From an uncultured Candidatus Poseidoniales archaeon (GTDB lineage: Archaea > Thermoplasmatota > Poseidoniia > Poseidoniales > Poseidoniaceae), in assembly GCA_902520595.1 (NCBI GenBank), contig CABYOM010000002.1, positions 434 to 64,433 on the forward strand: a stretch of DNA of 64,000 nucleotides, given 5' to 3'. Below are positions 1 through 8,952 of the stretch, piece after piece. Numbering within the stretch: the stretch's first letter is position 1; each line of letters opens with the position of its first letter. The notes beneath the pieces were generated by a model, which saw nothing but the letters and a program-made list of their open reading frames with translations, did not search any database and was not told the origin of the DNA. A program made the translations under genes and the position numbers.

Positions 1-28
1 CAGAGCAAATGGGACAGCAGTCAGAATT

Positions 29-505
29 ATGAAAAAACGAGGCGCTGATCAATCAATAATCGGGACTCTGAAGGTCGTTTCTGCAGTCGTTTTCTTTCCT
101 TTGTGGTGGATTGTGGCCTCTTCGGCATTGACCTGGATGCTGCTCTCCAGTGCAAGTCCCGTGAATGAATTTCTACAATTGCACTGGCTTTTGGCAATGC
201 TGACGGAATTGCCATTTGTGTTGGTTTTTGCGCTCCTCTTTATTTGGTGGCCCACTTCCGCGAAACTTCACTTGCGATTATACGCTCGCCTGATTGTAAA
301 ATCACGCCAACTACAGCGCTGGAAGGCTTGGAAAGATGATGAGCATAACTGGGATGAATTGGTTCAACGGCAACGTTTGCTCGCAGGTCGATTGGTTGGA
401 CTTGGCGGGGATCTGATTTTACCCGGTGATCCAGATTGGATCGACCCTCCAGCAGGTAAAGATGATGTTGAATCGGTCAAAAAACGGCAAGTGTCGACTG
501 TTTGA
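29..505 (+). CDS. hypothetical small membrane protein with 2-3 predicted TM helices
   Basis: Open frame with hydrophobic stretches (VVSAVVFFPLWWIVASSALTWMLL; LPFVLVFALLFIWW). No recognisable catalytic motif. It lies upstream of the xdh-family cluster. Confidence 0.35.
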   Translation: MKKRGADQSIIGTLKVVSAVVFFPLWWIVASSALTWMLLSSASPVNEFLQLHWLLAMLTELPFVLVFALLFIWWPTSAKLHLRLYARLIVKSRQLQRWKAWKDDEHNWDELVQRQRLLAGRLVGLGGDLILPGDPDWIDPPAGKDDVESVKKRQVSTV

Positions 506-590
506 TTCATTCGAGAGGCGCATTCCAGCTTCAACAAGAATACCCTATGTTGATATGCAGGCATCAACACGTCGCCTACGGCGACCGGTC

Positions 591-1193
591 ATGGTAGGCA
601 AAGAACACATCGAAATGATACCTGCTCCAGACAATCAAATCTGGTCTGCAGAAGTGAATGGAACACCCGTTGAAGTGTTGGCTCCATCTAATGCAATTCT
701 TCTCGATGTTTTACGTGATAAAGTAGGCACTCTTGGTGTTAAACGAGGGTGCGATCTCGGCACATGCGGATGTTGTACAGTTATGATTGATGGGCAACCT
801 CGCCTTTCTTGCTTATGCCTTGCAGGCCAAGTTGATGGGACCGATATCACAACTGTTGAAGGATTGGCAAATGGTGCGCACCTCGCCCCTATACAGGCTT
901 GCTTTGGAGAATATGGTGGCTCACAATGCGGTTTCTGCACCCCGGGGTTTCTCATTAGCGCTCAAGCATTATTGAATGAAAACGACTCGCCAACCGATCA
1001 AGATATCGCTTGTGCTATCGACGGAAATCTTTGCCGTTGCACTGGCTATCAGCAAATTATTGATTCTATACAAGGTGCTGCGGCAATCCATCGCGGAGAA
1101 GTCGAAGCCCGTGCACCTGCTAGCGACCCACATCCAGACCCTCATCCAGAAGGTCCCGAAGAACCCAATATGCCTCCAGGTCATGCACGGTGA
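591..1193 (+). CDS. [2Fe-2S]-binding small subunit of a xanthine dehydrogenase / CO dehydrogenase family molybdoenzyme (CoxS/CutS-like)
   Basis: Plant-ferredoxin-like cluster motif CDLGTCGCCTV and second-cluster motif GFCTPGF...CRCTGY. The N-terminal pattern vNG..v.v...LLDVLRD..GL.G.K.GC is typical of CoxS. The start is uncertain: ATG codons at 555, 591 and 614 are all in frame, and the ORF-track start at 426 is probably too far upstream. Confidence 0.8.
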   Translation: MVGKEHIEMIPAPDNQIWSAEVNGTPVEVLAPSNAILLDVLRDKVGTLGVKRGCDLGTCGCCTVMIDGQPRLSCLCLAGQVDGTDITTVEGLANGAHLAPIQACFGEYGGSQCGFCTPGFLISAQALLNENDSPTDQDIACAIDGNLCRCTGYQQIIDSIQGAAAIHRGEVEARAPASDPHPDPHPEGPEEPNMPPGHAR

Positions 1194-1197
1194 TCAC

Positions 1198-4002
1198 ATG
1201 TCTGGAGGATATCGTCAACAACCGGGTGGTGCGGGTGGCACGACGCGTAAAGACGGTAAGCGCGTTGCTGGTAAGCAAGCATTCCCTCCACCAGGTTCAG
1301 GTGGCTCACGGCCAAATATGGAACCCAGAGATCTCGATTATATCCCTGAATCTGTCGGTGGAAAAGAACCACAACCAGCCGGTTCACACATTCACGACCG
1401 TGCTCGAACAGGAACCACCGTCGGTAAAGAAATGCCACTGGTTGATTCCAATGCCAAAGTGACTGGCCAAGCATGGTATGGAGACGATGTCCGCTTGCCG
1501 AACGAAGTCATCGGCAAGATTTTACGTTCCCCACATCACTATGCTCGAATCAAATCCATTGATACATCTCGAGTAGAAGCACTTCCTGGTGTTCTGGCAG
1601 TTGCAACAGGTGCAGATTCTCCGCATCGATTCGGTGTATTGCCCGTTACCAAAGACGAGCATGCGATGGCAGTTGAGAAAGTGCGCCACGTCGGCGATTT
1701 AGTGGCATGTGTTGCAGCTATCGATGAATCAACAGCACTGGAAGCTCTCAATTTATTTGACGTTGAATGGGAAATACTTGAACCTGTATTTGACCCTAAA
1801 AAAGGCCTGGAAGACTCTGACGAACCAATTCACTGGAGAGGCAAGTATCACTTGGCAAGGACCAATGTTCAAAAGCGAGTTTTCCAAGAATTTGGAGACC
1901 GCTCACTGGTCGAAAAACCGCATGCTGAATCGCATGGCAAATGGAAGATGGCTGGCGTTCATCACGGATTTACAGAACCGCATGCAGTTGTTGCACACTG
2001 GGACCCAAATGGTCGTTTACAACTGTATACTCCTCAACAAGTCCCTCATTACACCCATCGTGCTCTATCGACAGTACTCGATGTTCCAATGCACCAAATC
2101 AACGTTATTCGTACCTTCGTCGGCGGAGGTTTTGGTGGCAAATCTGACCCGTTCCCCCATGAAATGTGTGCTGCCATACTCTCAAGAAAATCTGGAAAAC
2201 CTGTCCGTATTACCTTTGACAGAGAAGAAGTGTACTGGATTAATCGTGGAAGACATCCAAGCCATATCGAAGTCAAAATGACCGCTGATGAAGATGCTCG
2301 GATTTCAGGATTTGATATCGATGCGCTCATCGATGGTGGAGGATTTGCATCTTTTGGACACGTCACTTCGTATTACAACGGAGTTTTGGCTACTGCTCCT
2401 TACGAATTGGGCTCGTTCCACTATACAGGTGCTCGAGTTTGGACCAATAAACCTGCATCGGGAGCCATGCGTGGTCATGGTGCAGTCAATACCAGGTGTG
2501 CTGTTGAAGTTGGTTTAGATGAAATGGCAGAAACAATGCAAGTTGATCCGATTGATTTGCGTCTCGCCAATCTGCTTCCTCCACACAGCAGGACCATCAG
2601 TGGTTTTAGAATCACTTCAAACGGAATGCGAGAAGCCCTCGAGAAAGTCCGAGAAGGTTCAAACTGGGACGAGAAATTCCGTCAGTTGCCACTCGGCAAA
2701 GGCATTGGTATCGGTTGTGGATTCTTCATCTCAGGCTCAGGATTGCCGATTCACTGGGACCCAAATCGATTCCCTCATGCAACGGTACATATGCAAGTGG
2801 ACATGGATGGCGGAGTGACTGTACATACCGGTGCCGCTGATATCGGACAAGGATCGACAACTGCAGTTGCGCAAGTCGTTTCAGAAGTACTTGCCCTCCC
2901 CATAGAAATGATTCATGTCCGCAGCCATGAAAGCGACACTTCCCCCGTCGACTTGGGCTCTTACTCAAGTCGTGTAACATTCATGAATGCAAATGCTGCC
3001 ATTCGTGCCGCTTTGGAAATACGTGAACGACTGCTCAATGCTGCATGGGACATTCTTGGTTATCACCCAGATAACTTGGTATTAAATGACCGTCGTATTT
3101 ACTACAAGCACGATCCTGCCATCGGAGTCTCTTATCTTAAGGCACTTCACAAAGCGCAAGAAGACAAGGGTGCATTGATTTCGAGCGGTGCTTATCGTTC
3201 TCCACCAATGGGTGGCGTTCACAAAGGTGCTGCGGCCGGATTAGCTCCGGCATACTCGTTTTCTTCATATGTGGCCGAAGTCGATGTTGATGTCGAAACT
3301 GGAATGATTAAGTGTACCAATGTTTGGGCAGCCCACGATTGTGGAAAAGCACTCAATCCTTTGGCAGTCAAAGGTCAAATTATTGGTTCTTGTCACATGG
3401 GGCTGGGTCAAGTTTTGTCTGAAAAGATGGTCTACGGCCGTACTGGACATTTGCAAAATCCAAACCTTCTCGAATACAAAATACCTTCAGTGTACGAAAT
3501 GCCAAATGTTGAACCTATCATTATTGAATCGTGTGATCCAGAGGGTCCATTCGGTGCAAAGGAAGCAGGTGAGGGACCCTTGCTCCCGATTCTTCCAGCA
3601 GTGGTTAATGCTGTTTATGATGCGATTGGAATCCGATTAAGAGACCTACCTCTCACTCCAGATGTTGTTTTCAAAGGAATTGAAAAGACCCTCAAGCGGT
3701 CTGATTTCGATGACCCAACCGATCTCCCTTCGCCACGCCTTACGCACAGTGCATTACAATCGAAGTTGGTCGCACGTGCTAAGGAACATAAAATCCGAGA
3801 TAAAGCACGTCAACGAACGGAAGATACCAGCCCTTATGTCAACGGCGTATTGTTTGGCTTCGATCCAAATCTACCTCTTGAAGACCAAGTTGAAGGTTGG
3901 CGCACTGCAACTGAACCGGATCCAGAACAACTTGCTGAACTCGGACTCGCTGGTCGTGCTTGGTTGAAGAAAGAACAACGACAAATGGGAGGTGAACAGT
4001 GA
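1198..4002 (+). CDS. molybdopterin-binding large subunit of a xanthine dehydrogenase family enzyme (CoxL/aldehyde oxidoreductase-like)
   Basis: About 930 aa with the family signature GGGFGGK and long colinear similarity to aldehyde oxidase / XDH Mo-binding domains. The ATG at 1198 lies 5 nt past the small-subunit stop, whereas the ORF-track start at 976 would overlap the small subunit. The last roughly 120 aa form a charged, low-complexity C-terminal extension. Confidence 0.85.
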   Translation: MSGGYRQQPGGAGGTTRKDGKRVAGKQAFPPPGSGGSRPNMEPRDLDYIPESVGGKEPQPAGSHIHDRARTGTTVGKEMPLVDSNAKVTGQAWYGDDVRLPNEVIGKILRSPHHYARIKSIDTSRVEALPGVLAVATGADSPHRFGVLPVTKDEHAMAVEKVRHVGDLVACVAAIDESTALEALNLFDVEWEILEPVFDPKKGLEDSDEPIHWRGKYHLARTNVQKRVFQEFGDRSLVEKPHAESHGKWKMAGVHHGFTEPHAVVAHWDPNGRLQLYTPQQVPHYTHRALSTVLDVPMHQINVIRTFVGGGFGGKSDPFPHEMCAAILSRKSGKPVRITFDREEVYWINRGRHPSHIEVKMTADEDARISGFDIDALIDGGGFASFGHVTSYYNGVLATAPYELGSFHYTGARVWTNKPASGAMRGHGAVNTRCAVEVGLDEMAETMQVDPIDLRLANLLPPHSRTISGFRITSNGMREALEKVREGSNWDEKFRQLPLGKGIGIGCGFFISGSGLPIHWDPNRFPHATVHMQVDMDGGVTVHTGAADIGQGSTTAVAQVVSEVLALPIEMIHVRSHESDTSPVDLGSYSSRVTFMNANAAIRAALEIRERLLNAAWDILGYHPDNLVLNDRRIYYKHDPAIGVSYLKALHKAQEDKGALISSGAYRSPPMGGVHKGAAAGLAPAYSFSSYVAEVDVDVETGMIKCTNVWAAHDCGKALNPLAVKGQIIGSCHMGLGQVLSEKMVYGRTGHLQNPNLLEYKIPSVYEMPNVEPIIIESCDPEGPFGAKEAGEGPLLPILPAVVNAVYDAIGIRLRDLPLTPDVVFKGIEKTLKRSDFDDPTDLPSPRLTHSALQSKLVARAKEHKIRDKARQRTEDTSPYVNGVLFGFDPNLPLEDQVEGWRTATEPDPEQLAELGLAGRAWLKKEQRQMGGEQ

Positions 4003-4979
4003 TGCTCATGCCTCCATTTACACTCCATAATCCGAAAACGGTGGAAGAAGCCTGTGAACTTGCTGGCATGTTGCTGGAAAAAGGTGAAGAATTTGATTGG
4101 GTCGCCGGAGGAACAGACTTACTTCCAAATTACAAGTGGCACATCAATCCAAAACCGCATGTTATTTCACTTGCCAAAATCGATGGCACCGATACCCTTT
4201 CGATGCACGAGATTGGATGTATGGCTCGTCTTGTTGACTTAACAGCAGAGAATGGCATCCATCCGTTAATAGTTGAGGCTGCGAGTAAAGTGGCCTCCTC
4301 ACTCGTTCGAAGGAATGCGACAATAGGAGGTAATCTCTGCCTCGATACTCGCTGCTTCTGGTATAACCAAGGTGAAGACTGGCGCCGTTCTATAGATTGG
4401 TGCCACAAGGCAGACTGTGGAACTGGTGCAGATTGCCGAGTAATTCCAAATCAGAACACATTGTGTGTAGCAACGTATCAAGGCGATATTGCTCCAACAT
4501 TGATGGTTCTTGATGCAGAGGTTCATCTCATCGGGCCACAAGGGTTGCGGATTCTCCCCCTTTCAGAGTTTTACCAACTTGATGGGATGACGAAGAATGT
4601 TCTACAAAAAGGAGAATTCCTTCTCAAAATCACTCTTTCTAAAGAAAGCGCAAAGCGAACAGGCTCCTATCAGAAACTGCGTGTTCGTGACTCTTGGGAT
4701 TTCCCAGAGGCGGGTGTTGCAGCCTCTTGGATAGAAGGTGATATATCAACGCTTCAAATCGCAACGACTGCGCTCGAATCAATTCCTCGATGCCACCCCG
4801 AGGAAGTCGCTGCTATACTTGAACATGGCTGGAATGGAATGGATTCTGTCAAAGCCCTTGCTTTGAGTGTTCGTAAGGTCATCAAACCAGTTAACAATAC
4901 GTCTCTCCCTCCAAGATATCGTAAATCAATGGTCCGTGTTCTCACGAAGAGAGCGGTCGAAAAAATACTCGAGAAGTGA
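4002..4979 (+). CDS. FAD-binding medium subunit of a xanthine dehydrogenase family enzyme (CoxM-like), carrying a Cys-rich insert
   Basis: FAD-binding motif AGGTDLLP near the N-terminus. The start ATG overlaps the large-subunit stop (TGATG) and is preceded by GGGAGGTGA. A Cys-rich segment CLDTRCFWYNQGEDWRRSIDWCHKADCGTGADC lies at nt 4338-4436. Confidence 0.8.
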   Translation: MLMPPFTLHNPKTVEEACELAGMLLEKGEEFDWVAGGTDLLPNYKWHINPKPHVISLAKIDGTDTLSMHEIGCMARLVDLTAENGIHPLIVEAASKVASSLVRRNATIGGNLCLDTRCFWYNQGEDWRRSIDWCHKADCGTGADCRVIPNQNTLCVATYQGDIAPTLMVLDAEVHLIGPQGLRILPLSEFYQLDGMTKNVLQKGEFLLKITLSKESAKRTGSYQKLRVRDSWDFPEAGVAASWIEGDISTLQIATTALESIPRCHPEEVAAILEHGWNGMDSVKALALSVRKVIKPVNNTSLPPRYRKSMVRVLTKRAVEKILEK

Positions 4980-4983
4980 TCCT

Positions 4984-5949
4984 ATGAAGCAGAATAAACT
5001 GGTTTTTGTGTTGACATTCCTCTTGACTGCATCTGTTTTGAGTACAATTCCTGTAGATGCTCAAACTCCTATTGATGGTCAATCCTGGACTCTTGGATGG
5101 GCGACTGATATGGATTCAACATATATTGTGGAAATGGATCTCGACTGGGATGCGGAAGGAGAAATTATTGCTTATGTCGAAAATAATCGAATGGCCCAAC
5201 TTGAATTAGATTTGTCGTATGAGTTCGACAGTTGGGTACCGTTCTCGTTCAGTGGACCTGAGACCATCACTGTTTCTGGTAGTGGTAACGACACATTCAC
5301 TGTTAAATTCTCATCAATTGACGATGATGATACTCGAGAATACAGTCCTGATAACTCTTCTACATTGACGATAACAGCTGAAGAGAAGGTCGGTGATACA
5401 TCTGCGAGTACGCAAGAAATCGAAGGTGATGTTAGCGTTCCTCGAGTTTTTGATTTACGCCCATCGGTAACACTTCCTGATGAAAACCTTCACGCAGGTT
5501 CGTGGATTGATCTGTCAACACAATTGGTCAACAACGGCAATGCACGCGATGCTGTGAAGGAGGCCAGCGTACAATTTCGTAGTTGCCCTCACCTCTCGAT
5601 GACCGGTCTGGATGAACTGACCAATACTCTGGTCGATACAACGGATGCTCAAAATGGCAAAGATGTCTATGCTACGCTTCGACTCGAGGCCTCTGATAGC
5701 CAACCAAATCGTGTCTGTGAGGTCACCATCTCACTCACATCAGAAGGCGATGATGCTTCTCGAAGCGTGACTTTTGAACTTGAAGTCATGGCAGTAGAAG
5801 CCAGTGATTCACCACAAGATTCACCTCAAACAAATGATGATGAAGGTAGCAGCAGCCTTTCAGAAGAATCAAACTCCTTGCCATGGGTTGGCGGCATTGA
5901 ACTTCTCATGCTTATTGGCCTTGCTTCGCTTCGAAAACATTTCAATTGA
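4984..5949 (+). CDS. secreted acidic protein with Sec signal peptide and C-terminal TM anchor (sorting-signal-like)
   Basis: The N-terminus MKQNKLVFVLTFLLTASVLSTIPVDAQ is a typical signal peptide. The body is rich in D, E, S and T. The C-terminus LPWVGGIELLMLIGLASLRKHFN is a hydrophobic helix followed by basic residues, resembling archaeosortase-type tripartite signals but without a PGF motif. Confidence 0.5.
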   Translation: MKQNKLVFVLTFLLTASVLSTIPVDAQTPIDGQSWTLGWATDMDSTYIVEMDLDWDAEGEIIAYVENNRMAQLELDLSYEFDSWVPFSFSGPETITVSGSGNDTFTVKFSSIDDDDTREYSPDNSSTLTITAEEKVGDTSASTQEIEGDVSVPRVFDLRPSVTLPDENLHAGSWIDLSTQLVNNGNARDAVKEASVQFRSCPHLSMTGLDELTNTLVDTTDAQNGKDVYATLRLEASDSQPNRVCEVTISLTSEGDDASRSVTFELEVMAVEASDSPQDSPQTNDDEGSSSLSEESNSLPWVGGIELLMLIGLASLRKHFN

Positions 5950-6077
5950 AAGAACCTCATTTTTTTGTTATTTTCGGTGTTTTCCGGCCATAATGCAGTT
6001 ATCGAATAGTTTTGTAGATTTTCAATTTTCGTCTCTTATTAACCTGCGTCTCCAAATCATGCATGAACAAGCATTAA

Positions 6078-7727
6078 GTGTGGAGCGAGGTTCCGACGGT
6101 TGTTATACTGTTCAAGAGTACGGCAAGCGAACTAGGGGTGAGATATTTGGCAGACGAGGAATCGACAAAAATATCCGTCGAAACTTGGCTTAAAGTTGGC
6201 CTCGTATCTTCTCTCTTTCTCTCAGTAATCGTCATCAGTATCGTCAGTTGGGACAAGACAACTGTTCTTTCCCCCTACAACAATGCTGCTGATGAATATT
6301 CAATGCAGCAATTAACCGAGATGCGGAATGTGGTCGAAGCAAGTGACTACAGTATTGCGAACACCATGTCAACTCCTATGCTTGTCAACGACTGGAACGA
6401 TCCTCACCGAACAATGCTCATTATTGCCGGTCCTGAGAAACCATTCGATGCGGCTGAAGCATCCGCACTTCACGACTTTGTTACCAAAAAAGGCGGTAAG
6501 GTCATTCTTGCAGCAAGTTCAACCAATGCACAATTAGTTGCATCAGAATTTGGAGTCAAATATTTTGACGCACCTGTCTATGACGACCAACGCTACTACG
6601 AAGTTGAAGATGACCTTGGCGTGCTTCAACCTGCAGACTATCGTCGATTGTGGTCTGCTGCGAGTGTTAGCGAAAACATCAGCGAAATGGGAGATGAGAG
6701 ACTGATTCCATGTTCTCAAGCCAATATCGCTATCGCCCAGGTAGAAAACTGTCGAATGCCAGTTCTTTTCCACCGACCAACTGCAATTCAAGTTCTCGAT
6801 GAACAATCTGATTCTGACCGCGACATCAGCATTCTCGCTGCAGCATCAACATCTGCCCGTGTTGCCAAGTTCCCTGATAACATCGACAGCGACCAAAACC
6901 CAACATTGGGGGAGGGCATGACAGGACTCATTATTCGAATTGATTATCCAGTTTCAGACGTGTTGGACAGAAAACCAAACAACGATTATGGCGAAATTGA
7001 TGTGACTGGCTCAATCGTGTTTGTATCAGACCACTCCGTTCTTGCGAACCACTTGTGGGATGCGGACCTTGCTGAAGAAAACGGTTACCTTCAATGCACA
7101 TCACCTGCTTATGTTGAAAATGGCCACAACTGTTGGGATACTGACCCAGATGGACTTTCTGCAGCTCAGGGTGATACAACTTGGAACGGTAACAGTCAAT
7201 ACTTCTCTGCGCTAATGTATGACATGATGGAATTTGACAATCAAGAATTGTCCACAACCATTACCCGTTCTCCTTCTGAGTTTTACATCGTATTCGACGA
7301 AAGTCGTCACGTTTCCAGTGCACTGACCTCTCCATTCACTGAAGCAATGGGCGCTATCGTTCTACTTACCAGCGACGTCGTTCTCAAGTGGCTTATCATC
7401 TTGAATCTCTTCGCCCTTCTTGCTATTGCAATCATGGTCGTGCCTGAAAAAGAGAATTGGCGGCACGTCTTTGATTTGACTCGATTTAGAGAACGTCCAT
7501 CGAAGTTAGACCCTTCCCAATACCAACTGCGAACCCGTGAAGCATTGCTTTCCAAGGTTCGACAGTTCAATGACCTTACGCGTGATGAGTTCATGCGTAA
7601 ATCCCCAGCGGAGATCATGCAAATGGTCCGAGATCCGCGCTTGGTTGAGCTGATTAGTTCAACCCGTTCCTACTCCAACGAAGAACTACGGGAGATAATC
7701 CCGCAAATTCGACGTTGGGGAAATTGA
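6078..7727 (+). CDS. DUF4350-like membrane protein (N- and C-terminal TM helices flanking a large extracytoplasmic domain)
   Basis: The only available in-frame start is GTG at 6078. It has an N-terminal TM (VGLVSSLFLSVIVISIV) and a C-terminal TM (IILNLFALLAIAIMVV). The central segment HRTMLIIAGPEKPFDAAEASALHDFVTKKGGKVILAA matches the DUF4350 consensus (lvi.gP...s..E..aL..fv..GG.lv). It lies immediately upstream of the MoxR and DUF58 genes. Confidence 0.45.
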   Translation: MWSEVPTVVILFKSTASELGVRYLADEESTKISVETWLKVGLVSSLFLSVIVISIVSWDKTTVLSPYNNAADEYSMQQLTEMRNVVEASDYSIANTMSTPMLVNDWNDPHRTMLIIAGPEKPFDAAEASALHDFVTKKGGKVILAASSTNAQLVASEFGVKYFDAPVYDDQRYYEVEDDLGVLQPADYRRLWSAASVSENISEMGDERLIPCSQANIAIAQVENCRMPVLFHRPTAIQVLDEQSDSDRDISILAAASTSARVAKFPDNIDSDQNPTLGEGMTGLIIRIDYPVSDVLDRKPNNDYGEIDVTGSIVFVSDHSVLANHLWDADLAEENGYLQCTSPAYVENGHNCWDTDPDGLSAAQGDTTWNGNSQYFSALMYDMMEFDNQELSTTITRSPSEFYIVFDESRHVSSALTSPFTEAMGAIVLLTSDVVLKWLIILNLFALLAIAIMVVPEKENWRHVFDLTRFRERPSKLDPSQYQLRTREALLSKVRQFNDLTRDEFMRKSPAEIMQMVRDPRLVELISSTRSYSNEELREIIPQIRRWGN

Positions 7728-7746
7728 TAATTGGAGGAAAATAGAC

Positions 7747-8922
7747 ATGCAACCCCCCGCCCCACCAGCAGCCCCGCCCGCGCCAGCGCCAGCAGCGCCT
7801 GTGGCCCCAGCAGCACCTGCAATGCCTGCACCAGCAGCGCCAATGCCTGCGGCACCTATGCCAGCAGCACCAGCGCCTATGCCAGCAGCACCTGCAATGC
7901 CAGCACCGGCCCCAGCACCTGTAGCACCGGCCGCTCCGGCCCAGCCGAAGCACCAGACCAGCCCAGAAAACAAAGAGAAGTTGAAGGCCGTCGGTTCGAT
8001 TGCAAGCGCAATCAGTGCCGAAGTCCAGAAAGTAATTATTGGTAAAGCACACGTTATCGATAATGTTCTTATCAACATCCTTTCCAACGGTAACCTTCTG
8101 TTCGAAGATTACCCAGGTCTGGCGAAGACATTGATGACCAACACCTTTGCCGATGCACTCGGTTGTGATTTCAAGCGTGTACAATTTACGCCTGACTTGC
8201 TCCCTGCTGACATCACAGGTACCAACATCTATGACGCTAAGAAAGGTGAATTTACGTTCAAGCCAGGACCTTTGTTCTGTAACCTTCTTCTTGCTGACGA
8301 AATTAACCGTGCTCCTCCGAAGACCCAAGCAGCTTTGCTTGAGGCTATGCAAGAGAAGCAAGTTACCATCGGTACTGTGACGCACAAACTCCCTGCACCG
8401 TTTATCGTTATGGCAACTCAAAACCCTGTCGAACAAGAAGGTACTTACCCACTACCAGAAGCACAACTTGACCGTTTCATGTTCAAGATGTCCGTCGGAT
8501 ATCCTGACCGTGCTGATGAAGACGAGATTCTCTCCCGTCGTATTTCTCGTGGAAAAGACGCAGTCGAAGTCGAAGTCATCACCAGCCCTGAAATGGTGAT
8601 CAACATGCAACAAGCATGTGAATTCGTTTACGTTGACCCTGCTCTACGAATGTATATGGTCGAAGTTGTTTCCCGAACTCGAGAAGATCCTCGTGTTTTG
8701 GTCGGCGCTTCTCCTCGTGGTTCCCAAGCATTGCTCAAGACCTCCCGTGCAGCAGCAGCTCTGCGTGGTCGTGATTTCGTCACACCTGATGACATCAAAG
8801 CAATCGCTGAACTGGCACTTGCTCACCGAATTATTCTCAAGCCTGAACATCAAATTAAGGGCCTTGAGGCTGGTGAAGTTATCCAGACTATTCTTCGAGA
8901 AGTTCCAGTACCTACAGTTTGA
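7747..8922 (+). CDS. MoxR-family AAA+ ATPase with N-terminal Pro/Ala-repeat extension
   Basis: GGAGGA Shine-Dalgarno sequence 9 nt upstream. MoxR signatures are present: PGLAKT (Walker A variant), LLLADEINRAPPKTQAALLEAMQE (Walker B / sensor) and a C-terminal lid domain. The first roughly 70 aa are a PAAP/MPAAP low-complexity repeat. Confidence 0.85.
   Translation: MQPPAPPAAPPAPAPAAPVAPAAPAMPAPAAPMPAAPMPAAPAPMPAAPAMPAPAPAPVAPAAPAQPKHQTSPENKEKLKAVGSIASAISAEVQKVIIGKAHVIDNVLINILSNGNLLFEDYPGLAKTLMTNTFADALGCDFKRVQFTPDLLPADITGTNIYDAKKGEFTFKPGPLFCNLLLADEINRAPPKTQAALLEAMQEKQVTIGTVTHKLPAPFIVMATQNPVEQEGTYPLPEAQLDRFMFKMSVGYPDRADEDEILSRRISRGKDAVEVEVITSPEMVINMQQACEFVYVDPALRMYMVEVVSRTREDPRVLVGASPRGSQALLKTSRAAAALRGRDFVTPDDIKAIAELALAHRIILKPEHQIKGLEAGEVIQTILREVPVPTV
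7760..7960 (+). repeat. GC-rich imperfect tandem repeat encoding a (P-A-A-P-M/A-P)n linker in the MoxR N-terminus
   Basis: Reiterated units gcaccagcagc / cctgcaatgcc / ccagcagcacc are visible directly in the DNA. The repeat generates spurious long antisense ORFs. Confidence 0.7.
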
Positions 8923-8952
8923 TTGTAATACATTACTGATTTTGAGGTGAGT

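Noticed and set aside
976-1197. ORF-track start of the Mo-subunit at 976, giving a 1008-aa protein
   Set aside because: It would overlap the [2Fe-2S] subunit by 220 nt in another frame. The ATG at 1198, 5 nt after the small-subunit stop, fits family length and operon logic.
7686-8087. 133-aa minus-strand Gly/Ala-rich ORF, and the 7731-8045 plus-strand alternative-frame ORF
   Set aside because: Same repeat-driven artefact as above. No start context, and they overlap a well-supported gene.
7654-8436. 260-aa minus-strand ORF extremely rich in Cys/Trp/Arg (RCWGRCWHCRCCWHRRWCCWH...)
   Set aside because: It lies exactly antisense to the GC-rich Pro/Ala-repeat codons of the MoxR gene. Composition is an artefact of reading GCN/CCN repeats in reverse, and the sense-strand MoxR frame has clear homology and a Shine-Dalgarno sequence.
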